From Chrysemys picta bellii (taxonomy: Eukaryota), in contig NC_088800.1 in the NCBI RefSeq assembly GCF_011386835.1, forward strand, positions 620,001 through 684,000: a DNA stretch of 64,000 bases, read 5' to 3'. Shown one piece after another: positions 24,504 through 37,600 of this stretch. The translations under genes were made by a program, and so were the position numbers. The first letter of the stretch is position 1; each line of letters begins with the position of its first letter. The notes under the pieces were generated by a model. The model searched no databases. It was not told the DNA's origin and saw only the letters and a program-made list of their open reading frames with translations.

Positions 24504-27500
24504 CTAGGCAGCCCCTGTCTTCTCAAACTCGAGGATGAGGCCCTTGATGTGGGACAGCTTTTGGTGAAGATACTCGCAGCGGTCCTTCTCCTTCCTGTAG
24601 CTGGGGTAGGTCTGCAAGATAGAGCCCAGGTCAGCTCCTGCCAGGGAGCATCAGCCCCAGCCCCCCACTGCCAGCCTCACCTGCTTGAACCTCCGGTATT
24701 CCTGTAAGATTCTGTCTTCCACTGCCTGCAAACCAAGAGAGCTGACTCAGCACTCGGCCTAGGCACGCTGCCCTGGCGCCCAGCCCGGCCCACCCTCACC
24801 TTGTGCTCCTGCGTCCCGTGCGGCAGCGTTTTGATTTTGGCTCCCAGCTGGATGAATGTCCTGCTCACGTGTCCAATCCTGGTGTGGAGGCGCCGGTACT
24901 CTGCGTAATCCGCACTGAACGCCTCCATGTAGGCGTGATGCTGCTCCACGGAACAGATGGCTCTGTATTTCCTAGCACAACCAGGAGAAACTACTGACTA
25001 GTCCCTCCAACAAGGCCAGGTGAGCTGAGCAGCAGGGGCCAGAATGCTGCATGGTAGGAGCAACTCCATCTCCTGACCCGTACCACTTCAGCTTCCCTGT
25101 GCGTGAGGAAGAGACAAGGTGGGCACTGCCCAGAAGCAGGTGGTGCTGTCACGCGGTAGCTGTGGAGTGGGGCCTGGTCTGCTTCTTGTCCAGCATTGAG
25201 ATTCCATTTACAACTTGGACTTCACAGGCTGGGAATCTGCAGCTCAGCCTGGCTCCACACACACACACACCCCCCCGGCTCAGGCTGTGGGAGCTGGGAC
25301 AGGGCCCCCCTCATGGTGCCTGCCGAGAGGCTAGCCTGTCACCCAGGTGAGGAGCAATGTGCCTGGCAAGGAATGCCCGCCCCAGCCGTGCTTACCGGCA
25401 GTAATCTGGGAGCTCAGCAAAGGAGAACGGGGGGCTTGCCCGGGAGCTGCTGTCTGGGGAGGAAGCAAAAGAATTTGGGCAGAAACTCTTCAAAGTAATT
25501 TCCCCTCCAGCCTCCGTCCCTCAATTCCTTGGGGTTACGGAGCCACCACCAACCCCAGCAGGAGCTGCCTGCAAAGTCACCTGCGCTGCCTCAGGCGGGG
25601 CCCCTCAGCCATGCTGGTGTGCAGAAGGGACGGGACAGCGCCCGGATGCCACGCAGAGCGGGAGGTGCAGGGGCTCTGCCCAGCACTGCTGTGACCTGCC
25701 CCAGGGAAGCAAACCCCCCCCCTCCCCAGCACGTGGCCCTGGAAGCTGTGAGCAGACACACTGCTCCTGGGCTGAGTCCCAGCCCCCCAAGCATTAACCA
25801 GCGGGTTTGCAGGGCTCTGTGCAGGGACCAGCCTCAACCCCCTCCCTGCATCACTGGGGGAGGGGGGGCAACGGCTCAGGGTCACACAGAGCCGGGAACA
25901 GAACCCAGGGCCCCACCCCAGCTGGTGCCTGAGCCACAGGAGCCTCCTTCCTGGGGTGCCCCCTGCTGGCCATGGGGAGAGACTCCTCCCTCTGACTTTA
26001 GCTGGTACTTTGGGGCCACAACTTCCCCCTCCCTGAAGCTCTGATGTGAGCCTCGCTTTGGGCTCACCCCAAGTCCTTTTTCAGCCCCCCCTGGACTGCT
26101 CTCCCCTAGTCTCGCTGCCTGGGGCCCGATGTGGCAGACAGCTCTGGCTAGGGGTGCTTACGGCTGACAAGGTGGGTCAGAGCCTGGCTGCAGCAGGACG
26201 TCCCTGTGGTGGGCTGGGAGCAGCACAGCCCCTCACCTTGCAGGGCAGAAAGGTGCTGCTCCAGGCGCAGAGCTCCCTCTTCCCAGTCATCACCTCCCTC
26301 CCCATCACTCGGCTCCTCCTCTGAGCTCTGCAGCTCCGCGCTGGGCCTGGGAAGCTGGCATGGCTGCCGCTGGCTCTGGGCTCTCCGATGCTCCAGGCCA
26401 GGCTCCTGCAGGCTGTGGTGGGACCCCAGAGAGCTGGAGGGGTGCTCTTGGGCACAGGGTTTCTTCAGCCCTTGTGGGTCTGAGGCATCCAGCAGTGCCA
26501 GCCGCTTCTGAAATTAAAACCCACCAGGCTGTGAGGGCTGTCCTGGATTCATCCCCCAGGCTGGAGCCCTCACTGCAGGAAACAGGTGAGCAAGGAGGGA
26601 TCCACCCCTTTCATCATGGCCCACGGGGCTACCCCCTCCCCACATGCAGGGCTCTCACCCCCCTACTCTGGAGGGCAGAGGTGACGCTCTAGGCTGCAGC
26701 CCACTGCTCTAGGCCAGCCAGGCACAGGTGCTGGAACTAGGATGCCGGGGGGCGTCTGCTGCACCCCTGGCTTGCAATAGTTTCATCCCACGGGGTTACA
26801 GTTTGGTTCAATGGCTCTCAGCTCACCACTGTACAAACTGTTCCAGCCCCCTGCAGCCAGTCTGCCCGCCAGGACTCCAGCCACCCAGCCGGAGACTAGA
26901 GCCTACTCCCCCAACCCACCCAAGGCCAGAGACTTGGTGCTATGGCTAGTGACAGTGGGACAGCAAGGGGCAAGGCCCAGCCAGAGCCAAGCACGCAGCT
27001 GGGACCAGCCCCCTCCCAGCCCAGGGAAGACTCCGCCCAAGGCAGACCCTCAAGGAGCTGCCCAGCCAGTGGCCTGGGCACAGTCATTCCCATGACCCTA
27101 CAGCAGCTGGAACCTCGGGGACTTGTGCTGCGCTGTTAAGCAGTACGGCGGTGGGTGGAACCTGCCATGGGGTGGCCGGGCGGCCGCAGTGGCCCTGAAT
27201 GAGGGGCAGGAATCCAGCCTGCCCAGGGTTAGTGGAGGAGGACGCTGGGGCGCTGGATCTTGGGGGGAAGAACTGATCTTGCCCCAGGGGGGACGGGGGC
27301 ACCATGGCTTCAAGAAGTGGCACCAACAGATCTGTAAATCAGCTCAGTTCTGGTACTCAGGACACATGCAAATAAACTCATGCATATTCAGATATGAAAA
27401 TCAGGATATTAAGCCATGCTGGGGATCTCCAGATTTCTGGACATTTAGCCTTAGCAGGTTTTCAGCCCTCGTTCTCCTGCCCTTGCCTTGTTCGGGTGCC

Positions 27501-30500
27501 TGCGCCGGAGCATCCATCTGCCTAAGGCTTCGTACCACCAATACTTACCACGCCCAAGGGCCTTCTGCTGGCACCTTGGCAAGACGGGCACTCCAGAGGC
27601 ACTAAGAAGGGCCTGTCCACAGCTCCGTGGGCCTGTTTCCTGGAGCAGAAGAGAGAAGATATCTGGGGCAGCTACCATGGGCCAAGGCAGTGTGTCACCC
27701 AAGAACAGGAGAGGAGATGCCCTGCCAGCACCCAGGCCATGGGGCCGGGCAGGCTGGGGTCAGGGCCTTGGCGTGGGGATGGCATGGAGCACACGAGATG
27801 GGAACAAGGTGTGAACCACCATCTGGCTGTGAAGCTTCTGTGCCTGAAGCCAGCTGTACACACGAGTGCCCTGCAACCCTCCCCTGCTCTGAAACATCCA
27901 GCCCCTTCCCACAGCCAGCCGGGACTTCGGCATTAACCGGGGGCACCAGGGCAGCTCTCTGCCCCTTGGCCCAGGGCTGCACCTGCGCAGGAGCTGCCTG
28001 ACTTGCTGCTGCTCCTCGGCCGTGTAGCCCAGCCAGTCCTCCTGCACCTGCCCAAAGAGCTCCTCCTTCAGACTGTAGCTGCTCTCCCGGGGGTTCAGCT
28101 GCCCCACCTGCGTGGACGAGAGCAGCAGAGTCAGCGAGAGCTCAGGGGGCAGGAGCTGCCGCGCTGCCCCCTCTGCCCACACTCACCTCCTGCAGCATGG
28201 GCAGCAGCTGGGCCCTGTCCTTCAGGCTGATCTGCACCCTGTTCAGCCGCTCCAGGAGCTCGTGTTTGCAGTGGGGCCGCAGGGCCAGAAGCTGCACTAG
28301 GCATTTCACAAGAACGCTGCGATCTGTCCCCATGGGGCTACGTTTCCTGCCCCCGGGAGCAAGGCTCCCAGTGGGGCACTTCCTCAGTGGGGTGCTCATG
28401 CCCAGCTTCTTCGGGATGGCGACACATTTGCCTGCAGAGGAATCAATGCACAAACGGCTGCTAATAAAGCACTAACCCCCCCAGATGTGCCCCGAAGGCC
28501 TCTCATCCCGGATCTCACAGCGAGCACCAGACTCCTCTCTGCCCGCCCATAGCTGGCCCCCTTGACGCAAGAGCCTTCTCCTCTGCAACCCCTGGGTCCC
28601 TCCACTTCGTTGGGAGTTTGGGCTAAATTCTGCCAAGCTGAGGCCTGGCACATTTGCTGCAGCCAATGCGCAGCTCAGGGGGACTGGGCAGGGGTTGTGG
28701 AGGTGAGACGACACCCAGGGAGAGGCTGGGCTCACCCGGTAGCTGTTGCAGCCCCAGTTCAGCCCCCAGCTTCTTCCTGAATCCAGCCTTGCCAACCCCG
28801 CCCAGCAGGCCCGGTGCAGCCAGCAGGCCTGGTGCAGGCTGATTCCCAGGGCCCCGCACCTTGGGCTGCGCGAGGTGTGGGACGGAGAGACTTGGCCATG
28901 GGAGCCCAGCTCTGCTCACTCGCCCTCCAGGCAGGAGCTGTAGTGAGCCTCACCCACCCATGTGCGGCACAGAGCCAGCTGCCAACACTCACACGGGCCA
29001 CATGCTGCCCCGTGCCCAGGCGCAGAGTGGGAGGGGCTGCTCGGCCCTCTCAGTGCTTCCTCCCACTTCTCAAGGTCAGCCCCACTCGTGAGCCACGCCC
29101 TGACCGGGGCAGGATCCTGCCTTACCATGGCCTGGGGCTGCTGGCTTGATCTCGATAGCAGCTCTGCTCCACGCCTCCTTCTCCGCCTGGGACACACGCG
29201 CCCGCGTCAGCTGGTACGAGTCGTCGGTGGCACAGACGGTGATTTTCTCCTGGATGCTGCCCACACAGTCCAGCTGGCTCTGGCCCAGCCTGAGAGCACA
29301 GAAACCCGTGTCACTGGCCTGGCCCTGCTCTCTGCTCGCCAAGGAGAGGGGCCTAGACACACCCCCAGACCGGGGGGCACTTGCTACCACACAGCAGGGG
29401 CCAGAGCCAGTGATGTGCCCTTGTCTTGTCTCATCCCCAACCCCTGCCCAACACGGCACTCCCCAGGGCAGCCTCCTGCTGTGGTGGAGTGGAGATTTTC
29501 TGTCACATTTTGTATGACTAGTTTGCGTGCCTCAGTTTCTCCTACATGCTGCATTGCTAGCGAGGTGGTGGGAAAAGGTTGTTTATCTGCAGGGGGGCTT
29601 TGGCACAGGTGTGAATGGCACCAGGCTAGCACCTCATCAATAGAGTCCATGAAGACAACAGCAAATCCAGTCACCAGGACTTCGATACCTAACGACTAAG
29701 GACCATGGATGGCTCCACCTCTCTGCTGGAAGCCAAGCCGAGTTTGCCCAGTTGGAGAAGAAAGGGCTGGGGGATGGAGGGTTGAGGTGGAAGTGAAGTG
29801 TGGGCTGTGGGAAGCAGTCAGGGCTCGCCTGACCTGGGACAAAGACGGGTCAGAGGGATGGGACTTTAGGCTCCATGCTGACAGGACGGACCGTGCTGTA
29901 ACTGTCTGTTTTCTGAGCTACCGAAGGCCTCCCTGTGCTGTGTGCCAGCCGACCATAAACCAACTTTCTCAGCACTGGGTGAGTACCCCTGCAGATGCTG
30001 GTGGGGCTGCATTGCTCCCTGAGATAGCACAGGTCTCCCTCAGGGGTCTGCTTCCCACCATGGCTCCGGTCAGCGAGAGCGGCTGACAGGCCAGAGATGC
30101 AGCCTAAGGAGGCGATGACGCTGCGTGGCTTGCCCTGGAGGAAGAGTGAGACCCCTCGGGGGTCCGTCTCCCTGAACAGCCCTCCCAGAGACTGTTCCAA
30201 AGCTGGGGTCACAGCACCGGTTCGGCGAGGGTGTCTCCTGCGCATTCTGGAATGGAAGCGCCTTCTCCGCAGATGCCCCGCAGGGGAGTCAGCAGGGATG
30301 TGGGGCTGCCCCTCCCACAGGCCAGTAGGTCTCAGAGCCCTGCTGCCTGCCTTCCTACCTCTTTGGCAGGCTTCGGTTGGTGAGGCTGACGGGACCTCCC
30401 CACCTTAGGGGCACTGGGCTGGCCGGTGGCTCTGAAGTGGAACCAAGGACTCCTCCCTGACCCTGAACGAACTGCAACCGCCCCCAGAGCAGGGCAGCAC

Positions 30501-33500
30501 CGCCCCCCCCCCAAGTTAGCACAGATCGGTGGGAAGAGTTAGGGGACTGGGCTGCTTGAGACTGCAGCAGCTCTCACCAAGCAACTCACGCAGCCTGCTC
30601 CCTCCACGCTGAGGCAACTCCCAGCCACCTCCCGCCCTGCTGAACAGCCCGAGGGTGTCAGTCACCCTTCACTCGGCACTGTTCTCTGCTCAGGAGCAGC
30701 TGCTCCAATGCCCGTGTGGGGAGAGCAGCCCCCTCCTGGTCGCTGCTACCCCCCTCCGCTATCCTGAAGGAGATGTTCTTCGGAGGGTGGGGGCTGCACA
30801 GGCAGGGAGCTCCCGGCACATGGTGCGCCAGTGGATCTGGGGCTGCAGCTCCATACAGAACTGTCACTGGACACCATGGCCAGGCGGGTGCATCTGCAAA
30901 GAGCCAGCCCCCTCCCTGACACCAGAACAGACACAGCCCCTTCCCCACGGCTTGTGCCCCATCTCCAGCCGCCTCACACACGCTGCCTTGGACTCAGGTG
31001 CTGGCCATGCCCTTACTCAGCCAGGTCAGCTTCCCACAAGCCCTCGGCCCTGCCCCCAGCCACAGGCTGGGCAGAGGCCAGGAATCTGGTTACCTGCCTA
31101 GGGCTTCAGGCCAGGAAACAAGCCTCCAGTTCTGGGAAGTCTCCAGGACAGGGCCTCTGGGGCACAGACCGGCCCCACTCACTCACCTGGAGACGTATTG
31201 CCGGATGCAGTCGAAGCTGGCCTGCGGCTTGTCCTTGCTGTAGCGGGACAGGTAGAAGGTGAAGAGACGAGCTCCTTCCGCAGGGCTGCCCAGGGCACAG
31301 GGGATCTTGATGTACTGTCCAGGAGAGAGGGAGCGCATGGGACCATTCCCAGGGGAGTGGGGCACTGAGAAGAGGGGAGCTGCATTGTCCCTGCCCCTCT
31401 GCATCCTCCTCCCGCCCCACATCCCCATCCCTGCCTGGGACTTGGCAGCTGTCCTCAGGCTCAGCTGCACACGCCCCAGCTCTCCCAGGGAGGGGGATTG
31501 GGGGCTCCCCAGACCCCCTGTGTACAGACAAAGGGCCCCAGCAGCACTGCCATCTAATTGTCTGGTTCAGGATCCCCCCACGAGGCTACAGCCTGCTTTT
31601 AGCAGCAGCTCTCCAGGGGGCAGATCACCAGCAGAGATTTAACCCTTACAACGCTGGGCCGTTTCCCGACATGGGGGAGCCAATGGGAGACTTGGAGTGG
31701 CTTTACTCCCAGCAGTGGGGTACACAGCCGGGGGGCTGGGGCTGGGTCTCTTAGTGGAGGGACAGAAGGGGGATCAGCAGAAGGGAGGGCTGGCATTCTG
31801 GGCAGGGGACAGTTGGCCAAGCCAGGGGCTCTCTGCCCCAGCTCAGGTGGGGGTGGGTACATGGGGCAGGCACCCCCAGACATACCCTTGGGGCGGGCGC
31901 TCTGCCCCAGCTCAGGCAGAGGGGGGACACATGGGGGGATCCAGCGCTTTACCTATTCTCATTCCAGCTGCCTCTGCTGAGCTCACAGCCCAACCCCTGC
32001 CCCCGGCCCCCCTGCGAGGGGACTGTGAAGGTGGCTGCAGGCAAAGGCCAGAGGGACCCTTCTCTGAGCTCCAGGCAGCAGCTCCCCGCAGGAATCCCCT
32101 GCAGAGCTCGTTAGCGAGCCTGGCGCAGCTGAGATGCTGCAGCAGCCTGGAGCCAAAGGGGAGGGAGGCAAATCTCTGACCCCAGAGCCCCCAGAAACCA
32201 GCAGAGAAGAGACACAGCCAGGCCCAGCACAGGGCAGGCAGCCTACAGGGCCCTGAGCTGCCAAGGCCACAGGTTGCAGGAGCACAATCACTCCGCTCCA
32301 TCCCCCTTGGGGCTGCCGAGAGCCGGTCAGGCCCGAACAGGCCGTGACACCCCCCAGGCCGTGTCGTGGGCCCCTCCCCTGGCTACAGATCAAAAGGGCC
32401 CCTCACCCCCGCAGCCTAGCTGCTCCCCAGCCTCCGCGGGGCCCTGTCTGTCGAGCAGCCCCAGCCCCACGGTCCTGGGAGGAGGCTCACAGGTGATGGA
32501 GGTGGGGAAATCCCCTGGGTCCCATCTACAGCTTCTGCTGCCGGGGCTGGGGAAAAATCCCGCCCGCAGTGGCACGGCTGTGTCCTGTCCCAAGCAATGG
32601 AGCTCCCACCTGCCCAGGTCCCGCCGGCTCACACCGCACCTCCCCCAGAGCAGGGCTATGCTGTGCTCCCCCTGCCCCGTCAGCATGGCTCAGCTCCCAG
32701 CCCCCTCGCCTCCGGCTCAGCTGTAGGCAAGGAAGGAGAGTGAGGAGGAACAAGTGCTGCCCTCGCCCAAGCCCAGTCCAAGGGGTCGCGAGGGAGGGGC
32801 TGCTCCAAGGTCGCTGCCAATGGCGCTGGGCTGCGGGTGTGGGGACAGGCCCAGAACATGGCTGGGGTTGGCAGACCCAGGCTGGAAATGGGAGTGGAGA
32901 CAGGGCTGTTGAAAGCCAGCGGGGCTGGGCTGGGCTGGCGTCCGTCTCACACGCACTCAGTGTGTTCGAGGAGCCCAGTGGCCCCATCCTCACCCCCCAA
33001 ACAGGGAGTCTCGCGCTCCCCAGGGAGCCCCGCCCCACTCACCCCCTGGCTCCCTTGGAAGGCGATGACAGGCTGGGCTGAGCCCTGCAAACAGAACAAG
33101 AGGGACAGTTAGCGGCTGCACCCGTCCAGACCCCTGTGACTCAGGCGCCCCCACACAGCCGGGTGGCGCTACCCCGAGCCCAGCACCTTGCTCCTGGGGA
33201 GCGGGGAGCCCCCCACCCCACCCCACATGGGGCTGCCCTGGCTGAACTGCAGCAGAGCTTCTGGGCCAGGACCGGTCTAGGAGGGGGTGGCTGGGAAGAG
33301 GGCACTGACCCAGTCCCGGGGGGAGTTGGGGGGCAGAGCCCGGGGGAGGGGGGCGCAGGGGGCACTGACCCAGGCCCGGCCTGGGGTGAGGAGGAATACT
33401 GACCCGGTCCTGGGCCAGGGGGAGCTGGATGAGTGCCTGGTGGGGGATACGGGGGGCGCTGACCCGGGCGGGAAGTGGGGGTGGCCCGGGGGGAAGGTGG

Positions 33501-33869
33501 GGGGACACAGGGGGCGTTGACCCGGGCCCAGGGGGAAGGTGGGGGGACACGGGGGGCGCTGACCCGGGCCCGGGGGGGAGGTGGGGGGACACGGGGGGCG
33601 CTGACCCGGGCCCGGGGGGGGAAATGAGGGGACACTGGGGGCGCTGACCCGGGCCGGGGGGGGGGGAAATGAGGGGACACGGGGGTCGCTGACCCGGGCC
33701 CGGGGGGCGCTGATCCGGGCCCGCCCGGACGCACCTGCAGCCGCTGACAGTCCCGCAGCGCCCGCAGCGCCGGGTCGGTGAGTTTCAGGTGCAGGAGGCT
33801 GAGGCGGGGCCCGCGGGAGCCGCCCCGGTACCGGAGCCGCCCAGACAGCTCCGCCCGCGGCCACGGCAT
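24504..33869 (-). CDS. ELL3: RNA polymerase II elongation factor ELL3, 527 aa. Exons 33869-33735, 33084-33043, 31314-31187, 29289-29126, 28431-28187, 28107-27983, 27639-27549, 26507-26237, 25453-25396, 24971-24800, 24725-24681, 24611-24504
   Basis: ELL N-terminal motifs ([33 protein letters not shown]) and occludin/ELL C-terminal domain (YAEYRRLH...[19 protein letters not shown]). All introns GT-AG, phases close, CDS 1584 nt. Assigned to ELL3 by position between PDIA3 and SERF2. Confidence 0.92.
29480..30235 (+). mobile_element. Solo LTR, same family as 4171-5063
   Basis: Shared blocks such as GTGCCTCAGTTTC, CCCCTGCAGATGCTGGTGGGGCTGCATTGCTCCCT and GCTTGCCCTGGAGGAAGAGTGAGACCC. Ends approximate. 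Confidence 0.7.
33300..33722. repeat. GC-rich minisatellite in ELL3 intron 1 (about 10 imperfect units, mostly about 40-45 bp)
   Basis: Recurring GGGGGCGCTGACCCGGGCCCGGGGGG core. Confidence 0.85.
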
Positions 33870-34450
33870 GGCTGGGAGTGGGGCCGGGCCGAGCCGGGTC
33901 GGGCTGCAGGAGCCCCCAGCGCTCGGCTCACAGAGGAGCGGGGCGGGGCCATGGCGGGGCGGGGCGGGGCTGGTTTGGACCGGGAGTGGCCTGGCCGGGC
34001 CGGGCGGGGTCAGGATGGGCGGGGCCATGGCTCGGGCGGGGGCGGGGCCTAGCGGAGAGGGGCGGGGCCATTGCTGGGCGGGGGCGGGGCAATCGCCCGC
34101 CGGGGCTATTTTTGCGGCAGCCCGAGCCAATCTCCTAATCGCATTAGCAGCGTCCCGCACTGTGCAATCCCGGCCCGCTGCCCCCCCCCGGGCCGCCCCC
34201 TGCCGCGGCCCCTGGGCATTGACGGCCCCGAGGGGCTGGGCCAGGATCGGGCCCCGGGCACACAGCAGGAGCCCGCCCGGCGGGTGGGGTGCCGGGCTCT
34301 GGGCCGGTGTCCGCGCCCCGCACCTGGGCACCCTGCGGCCGAGCCCGGCTCCCCCCGTGCAGAGGCTCAGCGAGGGGCAGCTCCCGGGAGCCCTGGCCAG
34401 GCAGATCCGGGCTTAGCGCAGCCAGGCCCTGGGATGCGGGGGGCTTATGC
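33720..34450. promoter_or_regulatory. CpG island, divergent promoter of ELL3 and the FKBP8-like gene
   Basis: Many GGGGCGGGG boxes and a CCAAT at about 34128, between divergent ATGs at 33869 (-) and 34661 (+). Confidence 0.75.
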
Positions 34451-34660
34451 TAATCAGCCTGGCAAAGGCCGTGATGGCATTAGAGCCGGGGCAGGGCAGT
34501 CGCTGCCCAGACACCCCAGCTGCAGCCTCTCCTGGTCGCTGGCTGGGAAGAGCCCCTGGGAGAGCTGGGCTGTGAGTCTGCCGGGGCTGGCCTGGGACTT
34601 GCGGGGGTGCCTGTGGGAGACCACCCCTCTCCCGGGGCCAGAGCCCAGGAGCCTCTGGAG

Positions 34661-37600
34661 ATGTCGCAGGTGGGGAAGGAGGAAGCAGAGGAGAGCCGGC
34701 GTGCCAACCAGCCAGCATCAGCTGAGCCAGCAGCGAGCCAGGCAGCCCAGGAGCTGGCGGGGAGCCCTTGTCTGGGGAGGGTGGTCAAGTTCCTCCTGCC
34801 CCATACTACAGTTGAGGCCCCCCTGCCCCAGGAGGAGGAGCAACAATTCTACCAGGGGCTGGAGCGCCTGCTGGGGCCAAAGCTAGGCCGCTTCGGGGAG
34901 CTGTTCGCGGCCGCTGGCTGGGCAGATGTCACAGGTGAGTCAGCAGGACAGGGGGAGGGAAGGTGGGAAGGGGTGACTGGAAAACAAGACCCCAGAGCCA
35001 CTTTTACGGAAGCTCCCATCTGCCCCCCATCCTCTCTGCTGCACAACCCCTGAGTTACTCTTGAGAGCAAGGCCGAGAGCTGACGGGCTCCCGGAGCACC
35101 CACCCTGGCATTGTCACTACCACATTTCGCTTGGCTGGCCCCCGGCTGGCACTGGATTGCAGTGCGGCATGGGGGCACGGCCCTGCTGGATGGTGGGTCT
35201 CTGGCTGGCCAGCTGTGCCTGGCACAGTGCCATGTGACTAGCCAGCCTGGGGCAGCATGGACTGGATGAGCCTTCTGTGGGGTGCACAGACCCCAAGTGT
35301 TGAGCATGGGGCATCTCTGACCCCTTCAGGGCTGTTGAGTGGCACGCTGGGCAGAGGGGGTGGGGCCCTGAACTCCAGCAGCTGAGCTTCAATGGCCCTG
35401 GCCGGTTTCTAGGCCACAGAATTGCTGCCAAGAGAAACGTGCCTGTAAAACAGTGCAGGCTGGTGGGCAGGGCAAGGGTCTGGGACTCGGGAGAACTGGG
35501 TTCTAGTCCTGGCTGAGCCGCTGGGTGACCTTGGGCAAGTTGCTTCCTCACAGACTGGCTCTGCCTGCTGTAAACAGACTCTGGGGCAGGGCCCATCGCG
35601 CCTGTGCCTGGGCAGCGCCCGGCCCTGCGGGGCACCGATCTCGATGCTACCGTAATACACCTAATAAAGCAGAGCTGCCCTTAGGGAGGTGCAGTCACCT
35701 CCTTGAGGTTCCCCCTCGCTGACCAATGCCGCAGAGCCAAGAGCGGAAGCACTAAAACAAGGGGTCTAATATGAAGGAGGGATAGCTCAGTGGTTTGAGC
35801 ATTGGCCTGCTAAACCCAGGGTTGTGAGTTCAATGCTTGAAGGGGCCACTTAAGGATCTGGGGCAAAATCAGTACTTGGCCCTGCTAGTGAAGGCAGGGG
35901 GCTGGATTTGATGACCTTTCAGGGTCCCTTCCAGTTCCATGAGATAGGTATATCTCCTCATATTCAAGGAGCCCCTTGAGGGGAGGGAGAGCGAGGAATG
36001 CCCCGGCTGGAGAGGGAAGAACGGGTCCCTCTCTGCCCAGGGGAGTCCCACAGGTCCTGTGGCAGGGGCTCCTGTTCCCCTGGACTGATTCCCCTCTCCC
36101 TGTTTGCTTCCCCAAGAGGACCGATTCCTGAGGAAGTTGTTGGTGAGAGAAGGCCAAGGAGAGGCCAGCAGACCCCAGCCAGGCCAGGAGGTGACTGTGA
36201 AGCTGCTGGGAGTCCTGGAGGATGGAAGCCTGGTGGAGAAGGACCCGAAGCTGACTTTCATCCTGGAGCAGGGGGACGTCATACAGGTCTGGTCTCCTCC
36301 TGCACCCTAAGGACAGAGTCACCATCGAGGCTGGATGGTTTGGTGCCCCTGGAGGTTGGCATTTGCCAGTTTTTAAATGCCTGACTCCAGCCATAGGCAT
36401 CAGTGTCCATGTTCTTCTGATCCCATCTTGCTGTTGCAAAGAAATAGACTGTGTAAAACGTACTCAACACACTTGTGCTCCCCCTGCCAGCTGTGCAAGG
36501 GAGTAACAAAACCCCTTCCTGGCTGTGCTGGCCCCTTACAGAGCTGGGGCATAAACAGGGAGGCAAATAAACTCCTGGCGGTAATTCCCAGCTCCTGGGT
36601 TCAGCCCATGGGAAGGGCTGACTGGCTGGAAAGCTGCCCAGGGGGCCAGTCCAGCCAATGAGAATCACAGATCCACAGGGTACCAAGGGACCATCTGCAA
36701 GAGTCATCCAGTCTAACCCCCTACCAAGTGCAGGATTTGTTGTCTAAAAATCCTTCCTGGGCCCTTCCAGTCCCTGAGCTCAGCGCGCCCACAGGCGGGT
36801 AACCCAGGCATTTATGGTGCATGCCTAAGTGTCAACTGAAGTAGCAGCCAACTGCAGGCTCTAGAATCCTATTCAAACGCGCACACAGCTGCGATGGTAG
36901 TAACTGAACCTGGGAAGGAGGGAGCGAGAGGGCTGTGGGGTTGCACAGGATCCAGCCTCACACAATGGCTTGCAGGCCCTACCAAGGCCCTGTTCTTGTG
37001 ATCACTTGCTAAAAGTGACCGAAGGGATGAAAATGGAGCCAGACCCTGCCCCACCTAGATGCAAGATGTACTGGGCTGCCCAGAGGGGATGTGCACTTTG
37101 GGGTGGCTCTTGCTTCCTACCAGCAGCCCCTTGGTAAATGTGAGAGCCACAAGGCAAAGTCAGAGCTGAGGAAGAGACAGACAAAAGCCCAACAGCTGCT
37201 CCTCGGGGTGCCTCTGGGCTCCCCGGATTGGGAGTCCCCCTCAGCGACAAGGACTGACTGCCTTTTGGGGTTTGCTGCAGAGCCAAGCACGTTACTGGTG
37301 TATAACACATGCCATGTATAACAAGGGGAGGGCTGACTCATCTGCCCCCCAGGCCAGGTTAATGCCATGGGTTCCCGGTCACAGTTTGGGGTGCAATTCA
37401 GACTAGTCCGAGGTTCTCTCCTCACTTGTCCTGTAACCCTGAGGGCCTTAAAACACTCTACTGCTGTAGCTGCCTGTCTGGACTCTCCCAGCCAGCAGAC
37501 AAGCCCGCACAGTCCGGGCTCAGCAACTCTGACTCCAGCAGCTGGTTTGTTACACCCCAGCCACACTCAGGTCTCCACCAGCCTTGGTGACTGTTCACCA

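Noticed and set aside
33141-34331. 396-aa minus-strand ORF containing ELL3 exon 1, with an upstream in-frame ATG near 34029
   Set aside because: It runs through a GC-box promoter and an intronic minisatellite. The ELL-like sequence starts only near ATG 33869. An N-terminal extension cannot be fully excluded.
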